Counted from the first letter of the stretch, positions 28,020 through 37,278 are shown. The stretch: DNA of 64,000 nt from Actinomycetota bacterium (GCA_041287635.1 JBGGNG010000003.1:1342-65341), one strand, 5' to 3'. Notes: generated by a model not told the origin, from the letters alone. Numbers and translations: made by a program.

Positions 28020-28658
28020 TCATGGCTCGAGCGGGGGCTGGGGCTCGGGCTCCGTCCGATATGGCTCGTAGCGACGCTCGATCCGCCGGCCCCCCCGGCC
28101 TCCACCGATCTTTCCCTGACGTCGCCACCGGCCCCCGATCAAGAAGTAGGTCTTGACAGCACCTCCTGCGGTCATGGGTCGGTCCGGCCAGTACACCTCC
28201 CGGAACGCCCCTTCCGTGACGAGCCTCACGTAGAAGCGGAGCGTCTTGACGAATGCCGCCACGCTCTCGATCTCGGTGTTCCAATGGATCACGACGCCAT
28301 GGCCCGGTTCGACGAGGACCTCATCACCGTTGGTGATCCGCAGCGCAACAGGTGCGGCCCGAGGGGATGCCGGCAGCAACCGAAACACGAACTGGAACTC
28401 GGTGGCCGCATCGTTGTACTCCTCACTCACCTGGAGCGCCGCGACCCCGGGCCCCAGCAGGTCCTGAACCTCCTCCATCATCGTCAAGGCCTCGAGCGCG
28501 TGACGGAGTCGCAACTGATCCTGCCGGTGATTGCGGGCCGCCGCGGCCCCATCGCTGACCTGTCCCGACGTCGCTCGTCGTTGCACCTCCTCGAGATCTG
28601 CTCGCAGACGCGATCGCAACGCCTCCGGCTCGAACATCTCGATGTCCTGTGGACCCAC
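28020..28658 (-). CDS. Hypothetical protein with coiled-coil-like N-terminus and Gly/Arg-rich (RGG-like) C-terminal tail
   Basis: 212 aa with protein-like composition, unlike the overlapping Arg-rich + frame. The tail is GGRWRRQGKIGGGRGGRRIERRYEPY. I recognise no family. Confidence 0.5.
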   Translation of the reverse strand: MGPQDIEMFEPEALRSRLRADLEEVQRRATSGQVSDGAAAARNHRQDQLRLRHALEALTMMEEVQDLLGPGVAALQVSEEYNDAATEFQFVFRLLPASPRAAPVALRITNGDEVLVEPGHGVVIHWNTEIESVAAFVKTLRFYVRLVTEGAFREVYWPDRPMTAGGAVKTYFLIGGRWRRQGKIGGGRGGRRIERRYEPYRTEPEPQPPLEP

Positions 28659-28734
28659 ACCCGGATGCTAGGGCGGACGCCGCCAGGTCACCGGCAGGGA
28701 TGCCTCTCCGTCGGTGCCGTACGCTCACATCTCG

Positions 28735-29592
28735 ATGGCGAACCCGCACTTCGGCACGATCGGCGACGTCTGGAAGCACCTCGCGCTCGGCGACCTGCTC
28801 GATCGCCAGCGACCCGCGCGCTACTGGGAGACGCACGCGGGGTCAGGCACGTACACCCTCGACCGCGAGTGGGAGCGTGAGTACGGCATCTTCACGCTGC
28901 TGCGCGAGGCGCCTCGCGCGCCGTCGGTCGAGGCGTCGAGGTACCTGTGGCTCGTCCGTACCCTGCCGCCGGCCGACGATGAGGAGCCTCGGTACCCGGG
29001 CTCGGCGCGCCTCGCGATGGAAGTGCTCGGCGACGCGGCGACCTACCTGCTCTGCGATCTCGATACCGCGAGTGTCGCCGACGTCACCCGTTCGGTGCGC
29101 GAGCTCGATCTCGCCGACCTCGTCCGCGTCGAGCACGCCGACGGCATCGCGACGATCCATGCGGCCGCGCTGCAGCTGTCGCCCTCAGCGGCCGCGGAGA
29201 CCTTCGTGATGATCGACCCGTTCGACGAAGGCCAACGCTCGGCCGACGGCATGGATGCAGTCGATCTCTTCCAGTCGCTCGCGCAGGCAGGGTTCCCGAC
29301 CGCGCTCTGGCACGGATACGACGACGCGGCCGATCGCGACGCGGTCAGGCTGCGCGTCGCCGCTGACGGCCTCGACCCGCACTCGCTCGACGTGGACACG
29401 GCGTTCTTCCGCGGGGAGTCGACGCTGAACCCTGGTGTCGGAGGATGCGCCATGCTGCTCGCGAACGTGCCGGACGCCGACCTGGACCACGTGGAGCGGC
29501 TCGGCCGCCAGCTCGCGGCGCTCTACGATGAGGCGCTGATGCCCGACGGTTCGCCGGGCACCCTGGCGTTCACGAGAGCCGACCCGGCCTGA
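28735..29592 (+). CDS. RlmJ/DUF519-fold methyltransferase-like protein with degenerate motif IV
   Basis: Collinear by eye with RlmJ landmarks: GDVWKH, THAGSGTY, YPGSARLA, FVMIDPFDE (where RlmJ has IDPPYE), ALWHGY, and GCAMLLANVP (where RlmJ has GMIVINPP). The start is set at MANPHFG; the alternative is 28714. Confidence 0.6.
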   Translation: MANPHFGTIGDVWKHLALGDLLDRQRPARYWETHAGSGTYTLDREWEREYGIFTLLREAPRAPSVEASRYLWLVRTLPPADDEEPRYPGSARLAMEVLGDAATYLLCDLDTASVADVTRSVRELDLADLVRVEHADGIATIHAAALQLSPSAAAETFVMIDPFDEGQRSADGMDAVDLFQSLAQAGFPTALWHGYDDAADRDAVRLRVAADGLDPHSLDVDTAFFRGESTLNPGVGGCAMLLANVPDADLDHVERLGRQLAALYDEALMPDGSPGTLAFTRADPA

Positions 29593-29596
29593 AACC

Positions 29597-30391
29597 TCAG
29601 TCGGGCTTCGTCGCCGTCGCGACGATGACCTCGCGGAAGTCGTTCAGCGGGTCGGGGAACCGCTCGGCGAACGTGGCTCTCGTACGTTCCCGCAGCGACG
29701 TCCATCCCGAGTCACCGAGCATGTTCCGCACGAAGCGCCCGGTCGCCCAGACCTGGAGGCCGTCGAGGTAGTCGTCGAGCGCGTAGGTCCAGTGGTACTT
29801 GACGACCTCGGTCCGCACGCTGCGGAATCCCGCGTCGATCAGCGTCTCCTCCACGTTCGTTCGCGAGCGGAAGCGCTCGTGCCACGGGGCGGCCTCTGCG
29901 TACGCGGGGGCCAGCATCTCCCTCGGCACGACCGACTCCACCATCTCGCGCCAGGTCTGCTGGTAGGCGTCGACCCCGTCGGTCCACGACGTGAACCCGA
30001 CCCGGCCGCCGACCCGGAGCACCCGCGCGATGTCGAAGAGGGCCGTCTCGACCTTGTTGAAATGCGCGAGCACGAACGAGCCGAGTACCGCGTCGAACCG
30101 GCCGGGCCCGAACGGCAGATCGATCGCCTGCGCGGCAGCGATCGGTACCTTAGGGCGCTCCCGGCCAGCGACGCGGAGCATTCCGATCGACTCGTCGATG
30201 CCGACCGCCCTCGCCCCCATGTCGGCCGCGACCTGCGCGGCGACCCCGGTGCCGGTGCCGACGTCGAGCACGGCGGCCCCGTCGGCGATGCCCACCATCT
30301 CGACCAGGTCGCGAGCGACCTCCGCGAATCGCGTCGCGTGCACGCGCTCGTAGGTCTCGGCCACGTCGTCGTAGGTGCGCCAATCGTTCAT
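29597..30391 (-). CDS. Class I SAM-dependent methyltransferase
   Basis: VLDVGTGTGVAA, GIDESIGML and RVGGRVGF. Confidence 0.8.
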   Translation of the reverse strand: MNDWRTYDDVAETYERVHATRFAEVARDLVEMVGIADGAAVLDVGTGTGVAAQVAADMGARAVGIDESIGMLRVAGRERPKVPIAAAQAIDLPFGPGRFDAVLGSFVLAHFNKVETALFDIARVLRVGGRVGFTSWTDGVDAYQQTWREMVESVVPREMLAPAYAEAAPWHERFRSRTNVEETLIDAGFRSVRTEVVKYHWTYALDDYLDGLQVWATGRFVRNMLGDSGWTSLRERTRATFAERFPDPLNDFREVIVATATKPD

Positions 30392-30450
30392 GTCCGCCAG
30401 CCTACCGGGCGCCGCGGGTAGGCTTCGGGCCGTATGCGAAGGGGCACACG

Positions 30451-31227
30451 GTGACCGGCGCGGCCGGCTACATGGCGCTCGTGCTGGCCGAGGCGGTGGC
30501 CGGCTCGCTCGCGTTCCTGTGGCTCACCCCTCTGTGGAACGAGGTCAAACGGGGCTTCTTCACGCTCACGACCGCGATCCTGCTCGTGCTCGCGGCGGCC
30601 TCGTGGCTCTCGACCCGCGCCGCGTCCATCCCGGGCGACGATGCGGGCCGATGGGCCGAGGCGCTGACGCTCGTGACCGCGGCCGCGATCGGGCTCACCT
30701 TCCTGCTGCTGCTCGCGAAACAGCATCTGCCGGCGCGCATCCTCGGCGTGCTGAGCGTGGTGCTCTCGATCGCCGCCCTCGTGGCGATGGCGGGCACCGG
30801 GCGCCAGTCGTTCCCGATCGCCCTGTTCCAGCTGCTCGCCGGCGCTGCGTTCCTCGGCTCTATCACCGTCGGCCTGTTGCTGGGCCACTGGTACCTCACC
30901 GACCGTGGGTTGGGCCGCGGTCCGATCGACAGGCTCACGACCGCGATGCTGATCGCGATCGTGGTCGAGGCGATCGCGATCGTCACGAGCGGTTTCGGCG
31001 GGGTGGAGAGCTCGGCCTCGCTCAATCCGCTGCTCACCGCGGGTGCGCTGGCTCCCTGGATCGCGCTCGGCATGGTGGTCGCGACGCTGCTGATCGCCCT
31101 GCTGACCCGGGCGACGCTCAAGGGTGAGCGCGCGTCAGCCGTGCAATCGGCCACGGGCTTCTATTACCTCGCGGTCGTGACAGCGTTCACGGCCGAGGTC
31201 GCCGTGAAGACCCGGTTCCTGGCATAG
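30451..31227 (+). CDS. Polytopic integral membrane protein, unknown function
   Basis: 258 aa with about 7 hydrophobic segments. No motif recognised. Confidence 0.6.
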   Translation: MTGAAGYMALVLAEAVAGSLAFLWLTPLWNEVKRGFFTLTTAILLVLAAASWLSTRAASIPGDDAGRWAEALTLVTAAAIGLTFLLLLAKQHLPARILGVLSVVLSIAALVAMAGTGRQSFPIALFQLLAGAAFLGSITVGLLLGHWYLTDRGLGRGPIDRLTTAMLIAIVVEAIAIVTSGFGGVESSASLNPLLTAGALAPWIALGMVVATLLIALLTRATLKGERASAVQSATGFYYLAVVTAFTAEVAVKTRFLA

Positions 31228-31229
31228 CG

Positions 31230-31868
31230 ATGCAGATCGCCGTCATGCTCGCGGGGGTCCTCGCCGAGATCGTCGGCTGGTGGCTCGTGTCGACCGGTCG
31301 CTTCGACGTCTGGAAGCTCATGCCCGTCGTGCTCGGTTCGATGGGCGTCGCCGCCGTGGTCGTGCGTCCGCCGATCGCCGCGGCCGACTCCTCGACCGTG
31401 ACCGCGGCGGTCGTCGGGGCCGGCACCGGACTCGCGCTCTACCTCGGAACCCGCGTCTTCGTCTGGATCGCCTCTCGGTGGGCGCCGTTCCGCCGCGACG
31501 TGCTCGACCAGTACGGGCAGGCGGGCGAGGTCACCCTCGCGCGTTCACTCGTGCTGAGCCTCGCGATCATGGTCCCGGCCGAGGAACTGTTCTGGCGTGG
31601 TCTGTTCCAGGGGCGTCTCTCTCAAGCGACGACGGCGGCCGCGGCTGCCGCGATCGCGTGGCTCGGGTACATCGTGGCCAACGTCGCCAGCCGCAGCCTG
31701 CCGATCGTGGCGGGGGCGATCGTCGGAGGCGCCGTCTGGGGCGCTCTCGTGTGGTGGTCGGGGGGTGTGCTCGCGAGCCTGGCGAGCCATATCCTGTGGA
31801 CCGGATGCATGCTCGCGTTCCCACCCGGGGCGGGGCGGCCGGCGATCGAAGGGGGATCGGCAAGGTGA
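31230..31868 (+). CDS. CPBP family intramembrane glutamic endopeptidase (CAAX protease-like)
   Basis: EELFWRGLFQGRL (EExxxR motif) and HILWT. Confidence 0.8.
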   Translation: MQIAVMLAGVLAEIVGWWLVSTGRFDVWKLMPVVLGSMGVAAVVVRPPIAAADSSTVTAAVVGAGTGLALYLGTRVFVWIASRWAPFRRDVLDQYGQAGEVTLARSLVLSLAIMVPAEELFWRGLFQGRLSQATTAAAAAAIAWLGYIVANVASRSLPIVAGAIVGGAVWGALVWWSGGVLASLASHILWTGCMLAFPPGAGRPAIEGGSAR

Positions 31869-32812
31869 GCTTCCTGTCGACGGCGGTGCAGCAGGTGTTG
31901 GAAGATGCGCCGTTCTGCGCCGTGGCTACCTCGACGCCTCGCGGTCCGCACTGCACGCCGCTCGTCTTCGCCTACTCGGGCGGCCGGGTGTGGCTCACGA
32001 CCTCGCGGGGCTCGGTGAAGACCCGGGCGTGGAAGGTGGACCCCGGTGTCGCGGGGCTCGTTCGTCTCGGCGACCTCGCCGTCACCTTCACCGGCACGGT
32101 CAAGACCTACGACGCCCTCGATAGGAACTCGTGGGGTGCGGCGGTCACCGGCGCCACGTCGATCGCGCGGGCCACCGCGCGGTTCAGCAAGAAGAACGCT
32201 CGGTTCTTCGCCGGGTACGCGTTCGACGCTCGGCAGGTGCCGCTCGCGTGGACCCCGCCGGGCCGCGTCTTCGTGGGCATCGATCTCGAGCGCACGGCCC
32301 TGCTCGACGAGGACGGCGTGCAGGAGGGGCGGGGTCGCTGGGGTGGCGAGGCGATGGGGCACGCGACGTTCCGCCAGGTGAAGCAGGGCCCCGATCCGCT
32401 GGCCGTGCTGCCGCCCGACGTGGCGACCACCCTCGGGCGCAGCGGTGAGGGCGCGCTGACCGTCGCAGGCGCTCGGGGGCCTGTGGTGCTCCCGGTGCGG
32501 TGGCTCGCCGAGCCCTCGGCCCTGTACGTGGCCCTGCCGGCCGAGTCGCTCGCGCTCGCCGACGCCGGTCCCGATGCCCCGGTCGCCCTGACGGTCGACG
32601 AGGCGAGCGAGTGGCGAGCGCGCGACATGGCGGGCGCGATGGTGCAGGGCACGGCCGCGTGCTACGTGCTCGACGCCCTCGGGTCGGGCGCGAAGACCGC
32701 GCGCACGATCGCGACGGCGCTGCATCCCGGGGCGGGTGCCCTCGTTCGGATCCGCCCGACCCGCCTCGTGTGGTGGAAGGGCTGGTCGAGCGGGAGCGCG
32801 GCGGCAGCGTGA
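31865..32812 (+). CDS. Pyridoxamine 5'-phosphate oxidase-like (split-barrel) family protein, apparently two domains
   Basis: FCAVATSTPRGPHCTPLVFAYSGGRVWLTTSRGSVKTRAW, with a second similar half (GALTVAGARGPVVLPVRW). GTGA overlap with the CPBP gene. This is the real part of track ORF 31280..32812. Confidence 0.55.
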   Translation: MSFLSTAVQQVLEDAPFCAVATSTPRGPHCTPLVFAYSGGRVWLTTSRGSVKTRAWKVDPGVAGLVRLGDLAVTFTGTVKTYDALDRNSWGAAVTGATSIARATARFSKKNARFFAGYAFDARQVPLAWTPPGRVFVGIDLERTALLDEDGVQEGRGRWGGEAMGHATFRQVKQGPDPLAVLPPDVATTLGRSGEGALTVAGARGPVVLPVRWLAEPSALYVALPAESLALADAGPDAPVALTVDEASEWRARDMAGAMVQGTAACYVLDALGSGAKTARTIATALHPGAGALVRIRPTRLVWWKGWSSGSAAAA

Positions 32813-33258
32813 CGACGGTCGAGTTCTCCGTCGAGGTCGACGCGCCCGCCGAGACCGTGTGGGAGATCGCGAGCGACCCCCGGAACCTCCCGCAATGGGA
32901 CAAGCACATCGTGCGGGTCGACCTTCCCGAGGGAGGGATGGCGCGGGACGCCCGCTACGGCGTCGTGATGGCCCTGATGGGCGTGCAGGCCACGGTGCGC
33001 GCCACCGTGCTGGAGTGGGAGCCCCCGTGGCGCTCGAGCGTCCGCCTGGAAGGCCTGCTCGACGCGACCGTGACGACGTCGGTAGCCTCCCTGCCGTTCG
33101 ATCGCAGCGTGCTGCGTCACGAGGTGACCTACCGGTTCCGCGGACCGCTCGGTGGGTTCGGTGCCGCGGGGCTTAACGCGATGGGCGGCGCGGGATACGC
33201 GCTCCGCCACGGGGTGCTCGCTCAGAAGCGCGAGATCGAGGAGCGAGCCCGGGCGTGA
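32809..33258 (+). CDS. SRPBCC family protein
   Basis: VEFSVEVDAPAETVWEIASDPRNLPQWDKHI. GTGA overlap upstream. Confidence 0.7.
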   Translation: MTTVEFSVEVDAPAETVWEIASDPRNLPQWDKHIVRVDLPEGGMARDARYGVVMALMGVQATVRATVLEWEPPWRSSVRLEGLLDATVTTSVASLPFDRSVLRHEVTYRFRGPLGGFGAAGLNAMGGAGYALRHGVLAQKREIEERARA

Positions 33259-33848
33259 TCGTCGGCTCGGTCGTCAAGGGCGCGGCGTTCGCCGCCGCCG
33301 CTGCTGCCGTTGGCTATGTCGCCCTCGCGACCGACGAAGGACGTGCCGCCGACGCCGATCTCTTCGCGACGGTGAACCGCGGGCACGGGCCCGGCGCCGA
33401 CCGTCTGTTCGCCGGCGTCACCGAGCTCGGCTCCCTCTACGCGGTCGGGGCGGCCACGGGCGCGCTGGCCGGGCTCGGCCGGCCTCGCCAGGCCACGCGT
33501 GCGTTCGCGGCGGCCGGCGCCACCTGGCTGCTGGGGCAGGGGGTGAAGAAGCTGGTCGACAGGCCACGGCCGTACGACGCGGACCCCGAGGGCACCCGCG
33601 CCATGATCGCGCCGCCGATGGGCACGTCGTGGCCGAGTAGCCACCCGGCGGTGCTCGGTGCGTTCACGACGGTCGCCGGGCGCGAGCTCGGGGCGGGCTC
33701 GATCGCGCGAGCCGGCCTGACGACGCTGGGAGCGATGGTAGCCGCCTCGCGGGTCTACCTCGGCGTGCACTACCCGAGCGATGTGGTGAGCGGGTTCCTG
33801 ATAGGACGAGCCGTCGCCGCGGTGTGGCCGCGGGGGCGCCGCGGCTAG
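33255..33848 (+). CDS. PAP2 family phosphatase
   Basis: KKLVDRPRP, WPSSH and SRVYLGVHYPSDV, the three PAP2 motifs. Confidence 0.8.
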   Translation: MIVGSVVKGAAFAAAAAAVGYVALATDEGRAADADLFATVNRGHGPGADRLFAGVTELGSLYAVGAATGALAGLGRPRQATRAFAAAGATWLLGQGVKKLVDRPRPYDADPEGTRAMIAPPMGTSWPSSHPAVLGAFTTVAGRELGAGSIARAGLTTLGAMVAASRVYLGVHYPSDVVSGFLIGRAVAAVWPRGRRG

Positions 33849-33859
33849 ACTGCCGCGCG

Positions 33860-34846
33860 GTGCTGCATCCCCTCGCGCAGATCGGCTGGCCCGTCCTCGA
33901 CCGCGTCCGCTTCGGGGACACGTTCGCGGTCTCGCCCCACGGCCTGTTCATCGCGATCGGCTTCGTGGTCGGCGCATGGATGCTCGGGCGCATCGCCCCC
34001 CGGTGGGGGGTGGCGCACGACGACGTGCAGGGCGTCGTGTTCTGGTCGTTGATCGGGGCGATCGTCGGGGCCCGGCTCTTCTACGTGATCGGACACCTCT
34101 CGGATTTCGACTCGGTCCTCGGTACATTCAAGATCTGGGAAGGCGGCTTTTCCCTGCTCGGCGGCATCGCCGGAGCGGTCATCGTGAACGTGCCGCGCGT
34201 GCGCCGTGAGGGGTACCGGTTCTTCCAGGTCGCCGACCCGGTCGCGCCGGCGCTCGCCCTCGGTATCGCGATCGGCCGCATCGGCGACCTGATCATCGCC
34301 GATCATCTCGGCAGGCCCACGGGTTGGCTCCTCGCGTGGACCTATCGCGGCGGGACGATAGCCCCACCGTTCTCGTGCCAAGAGGGGTTCTGCCAGGCGT
34401 CGCTGCACGAGGGGCATCTCGAGACGATCTCGCGCGAGGGTGCTCGGCTGCTCGATGAGGCCGGACAGGTCGTCGCCGAGGGTGTCGGGGTGCACCAGAC
34501 CGCGCTCTACGACCTGATGAGTGCGACCGCCCTGTTCCTGCTCCTGTACGTGGTGCTGATGCGATCGCCACGCCGAGAGGGCATCCTGACCCTGACGTTC
34601 GGCCTCTGGTACGGCGTCTCTCGACTCGTCGAGGACTCGCTCCGCATCGACAAGCGGGTCTACGGGCTCACGGGAAGCCAGTGGACCGCGCTCACGGTCG
34701 CCACGGTCTGTGCCGCGATGCTGGTGTGGTTCGCGCTCCACCCCGACCCGGAAGCGCCCAACGGCGGGGGATCGGCGCACCCGAACGAGGAGTCCTCCGA
34801 TGGGCGGACGGCGTCTGACACGGCGCCGGCCGAGGTCGCGTGGTGA
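33860..34846 (+). CDS. lgt: Prolipoprotein diacylglyceryl transferase
   Basis: VSPHGLFIAIGFVVG, WEGGFSLLGGIAG and IGRIGDLI. The start is GTG 33860 or 33824. Confidence 0.85.
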   Translation: MLHPLAQIGWPVLDRVRFGDTFAVSPHGLFIAIGFVVGAWMLGRIAPRWGVAHDDVQGVVFWSLIGAIVGARLFYVIGHLSDFDSVLGTFKIWEGGFSLLGGIAGAVIVNVPRVRREGYRFFQVADPVAPALALGIAIGRIGDLIIADHLGRPTGWLLAWTYRGGTIAPPFSCQEGFCQASLHEGHLETISREGARLLDEAGQVVAEGVGVHQTALYDLMSATALFLLLYVVLMRSPRREGILTLTFGLWYGVSRLVEDSLRIDKRVYGLTGSQWTALTVATVCAAMLVWFALHPDPEAPNGGGSAHPNEESSDGRTASDTAPAEVAW

Positions 34847-35250
34847 GCGCCGTTCGTCCCGACGCGCCGGCGCTGCGCATCGTGGCGATGCCGGGCGCGT
34901 ACACCGTCTGCCGGTTCCCGGCGGATGCCCCGGTGCCGTCGTGGGTCGCGGGACCCTTCACGTCGGTCACCCGCACGCCGAACGAACTGTCGATCGTCTG
35001 CCGCACCGAACGGGTGCCCGCCGAGGTCCCCGGGGAAGACGGCTGGCGCTGCCTGTACCTCGACGACACGTTCGACCTCTCGCTCGTCGGGGTGCTCCAT
35101 GCCGTGACGCAACCGCTCGCCGCGGCGGGGGTCTCCGTGTTCACGATCGCGACCTACGACACGGACTACGTGCTCGTGCGGCGCTTCGCCGAGGCGGTCG
35201 CGGCGCTGCGGGAAGCCGGGCACGAACTGACCGGGGACCTCGACGACTAG
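34840..35250 (+). CDS. ACT domain-containing protein (ACT_7-like)
   Basis: 136 aa, with LSLVGVLHAVTQPLAAAGVSVFTIATYDTDYVLV. It overlaps the lgt stop. Confidence 0.6.
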   Translation: MVSAVRPDAPALRIVAMPGAYTVCRFPADAPVPSWVAGPFTSVTRTPNELSIVCRTERVPAEVPGEDGWRCLYLDDTFDLSLVGVLHAVTQPLAAAGVSVFTIATYDTDYVLVRRFAEAVAALREAGHELTGDLDD

Positions 35251-35274
35251 TCCAAGATGCACTGGCCGGATCGA

Positions 35275-36375
35275 CTAGCTGGTCATCAGCGTCAGGGGCT
35301 TGCCCACGTGGGATTTCGTCGCCCGCGCGACCGCCGACGCGGCCTCACGCAGCGCCACGCTCGCCGGGGCGTCGGGCTCCGTGATCACGATCGGCGAGCC
35401 CGTGTCGCCGCCCTCGCGCATCGCGGGCATCAGGGGCACCTGCGCCATAAGGGGCACGCTGAGGTGGTCGGCGGCTTCCTGCCCGCCCCCTTCACCGAAG
35501 ATCGCCTCGCGCTCGCCACAGTGCGGACACACGAACCAGCTCATGTTCTCGACGACGCCGATCGGACGCAGGTTCGTGCGCTCGGCCATCCGGCCCGCCC
35601 GCTCGGCCACGGTGCGCGCGGCCTCCTGCGGGGTGGTGACGACGAGCATCGACGCGCCCGGCAGGAAGGAAGCGAGCGAGATCGACACGTCGCCGGTGCC
35701 GGGAGGAAGGTCGCACAGCAGGAAGTCGAGATCACCCCAGTACACATCGCCCAGGAACTGCTCGATCGCCTTGTGCAGCATCGGGCCCCGCCAGATCACC
35801 GGGGTGTCGTCGGGCACGAAGAAACCCATCGAGATCACCTTCACCCCGTACCCCTCGAGCGGCATGATCATGTTGTCGAACCCCACGGGCTTGCCCGAGA
35901 CGCCCAGCATGCGCGGCACGCTGAATCCCCAGACGTCGGCATCGAGCACGCCGACCTTCTTGCCCTCGGCCGCCATCGCCGCGGCCAGGTTCACCGTGAC
36001 CGATGACTTGCCGACGCCGCCTTTGCCCGAGGCCACCGCGATCACCGAGGTCGACGGCGGGAACTGGATCTTCTGCTGGGGGGTGGGCGCGCCGCCCCGC
36101 AGCGTCGAGACAAGCCCCTCGCGCTGCTGCTGGCTCATCGGGGTGAGCCGCACGTCGACGCGCTCGACCCCGTCGAGTGGCTGCACCGCGGCGGTCACGT
36201 CGTTCGTGATCCGGTCCTTGAGCGGGCAGCCCTCGATCGTGAGCAGCACGTGTATCTCGACGCGGCCTCCGTCGATCGCGATCGACTCCAGCATGCCGAT
36301 GTCTTCGATCGGGCGCCCGATCTCGGGGTCCATCACGTCCCGCAGCGCCTGCCGCACCTGCTCCTCGGTGACCAC
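35275..36375 (-). CDS. Mrp/ApbC/NBP35 family Fe-S cluster carrier ATPase
   Basis: N-terminal DUF59-like VMDPEIGRPIEDIGML, deviant Walker A ASGKGGVGKS, and a CPHC motif. Confidence 0.9.
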   Translation of the reverse strand: MVTEEQVRQALRDVMDPEIGRPIEDIGMLESIAIDGGRVEIHVLLTIEGCPLKDRITNDVTAAVQPLDGVERVDVRLTPMSQQQREGLVSTLRGGAPTPQQKIQFPPSTSVIAVASGKGGVGKSSVTVNLAAAMAAEGKKVGVLDADVWGFSVPRMLGVSGKPVGFDNMIMPLEGYGVKVISMGFFVPDDTPVIWRGPMLHKAIEQFLGDVYWGDLDFLLCDLPPGTGDVSISLASFLPGASMLVVTTPQEAARTVAERAGRMAERTNLRPIGVVENMSWFVCPHCGEREAIFGEGGGQEAADHLSVPLMAQVPLMPAMREGGDTGSPIVITEPDAPASVALREAASAVARATKSHVGKPLTLMTS

Positions 36376-36450
36376 GATCGTCCCTTTCCCTCTAAGCTTG
36401 ATTCACACGGTGTTGACCGTGGAAATCCATGATACGCGCGAGGGGTCCGA

Positions 36451-37131
36451 ATGGCCGAGCCGTCTCCGATCGAGGTCCATAAGGCGCTGGCCGATGACAC
36501 CAGGTACCGCCTCTACCGCTACCTGCGGCTGTCCGGCCGACCGGTCTCGGTTCGTGAGCTGTCGATCCGCCTCGGCCTCCACGTCAACACCCTGCGCCCG
36601 CACTTGCGGCGCCTCGAGGAGGCGGGCCTCGTCACGAGCGAGGCACAACGGGGTGTGGCCTCGGTGGGCCGGCCGCAGACCGTCTACTCCGTCGTCGAGC
36701 GCGAGGAGCGCGAGGGACGCGACTACAGGCTGTTCGCTGAGATCGTGGCGGGTCAGGTCACGGGCTCGCGACAGCGATCACGGGCGGTGGCGTCGGCGCG
36801 CGAATGGGGTGCCTACCTCGTGGGGCGCTCGGCCCCGAAGCCAGGCGGTCGCAGCTCGAGCGGCCCGAACCTCGCGGTGCTGCAGGAAGCGCTCTCCGAG
36901 GCAGGATTCGACCCTCGGTTCCGCCGTCACGGGCGCGCCCGGGTCGACATCACGCTGCGCGACTGTCCCTTCCGCGACCTGCTCGACGAGCATCGGGACC
37001 TGGTGTGCGCCCTGCACCGCGGACTGCTCGAGGGCATGCTCGCGAGCTCGCGGCCGCCGATGCGCCTGGATTCGTTCGAGCCCCTCGCAGATCGCTCCGC
37101 CGTCTGTCGCCTCTCGGCCGTGCCCGAATGA
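36451..37131 (+). CDS. ArsR-type winged-helix regulator with C-terminal 3-Cys domain (SufR-like)
   Basis: LADDTRYRLYRYL...VRELSIRLGLHVNTLRPHLRRLEEAGLV. The C-terminal part carries Cys in RDCPF, LVCALH and AVCRL. Confidence 0.7.
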   Translation: MAEPSPIEVHKALADDTRYRLYRYLRLSGRPVSVRELSIRLGLHVNTLRPHLRRLEEAGLVTSEAQRGVASVGRPQTVYSVVEREEREGRDYRLFAEIVAGQVTGSRQRSRAVASAREWGAYLVGRSAPKPGGRSSSGPNLAVLQEALSEAGFDPRFRRHGRARVDITLRDCPFRDLLDEHRDLVCALHRGLLEGMLASSRPPMRLDSFEPLADRSAVCRLSAVPE

Positions 37132-37278
37132 GCATCCGCGACTTACGTACGTATCGCCTGAGGCGAACCACGTACACAGACTGAAGTCGGAGCTCGTCTC
37201 GTCCGATGCAGAGGGAGCACACCGGGTGACGGCGGTTCGCCCGGCTTCCACACGCGATCAACGTCGGAGGAACAGGGT

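Noticed and set aside
28020-30391. Restriction-modification or toxin-antitoxin interpretation of the RlmJ-like / hypothetical / methyltransferase neighbourhood
   Set aside because: No endonuclease, helicase, ATPase or known toxin fold is recognisable. The RlmJ-like catalytic motif is degenerate, and the 29597-30391 methyltransferase is a generic small-molecule type (Methyltransf_11-like). I kept it only as an unexplained pair.
37132-37278. Possible c-di-GMP or other riboswitch upstream of orphan pilT
   Set aside because: I found no match by eye to the GEMM-I/II cores. Only short palindromes (ACGTACGT, CGCCTGAGGCG) are present. An Infernal scan would be needed to settle this.
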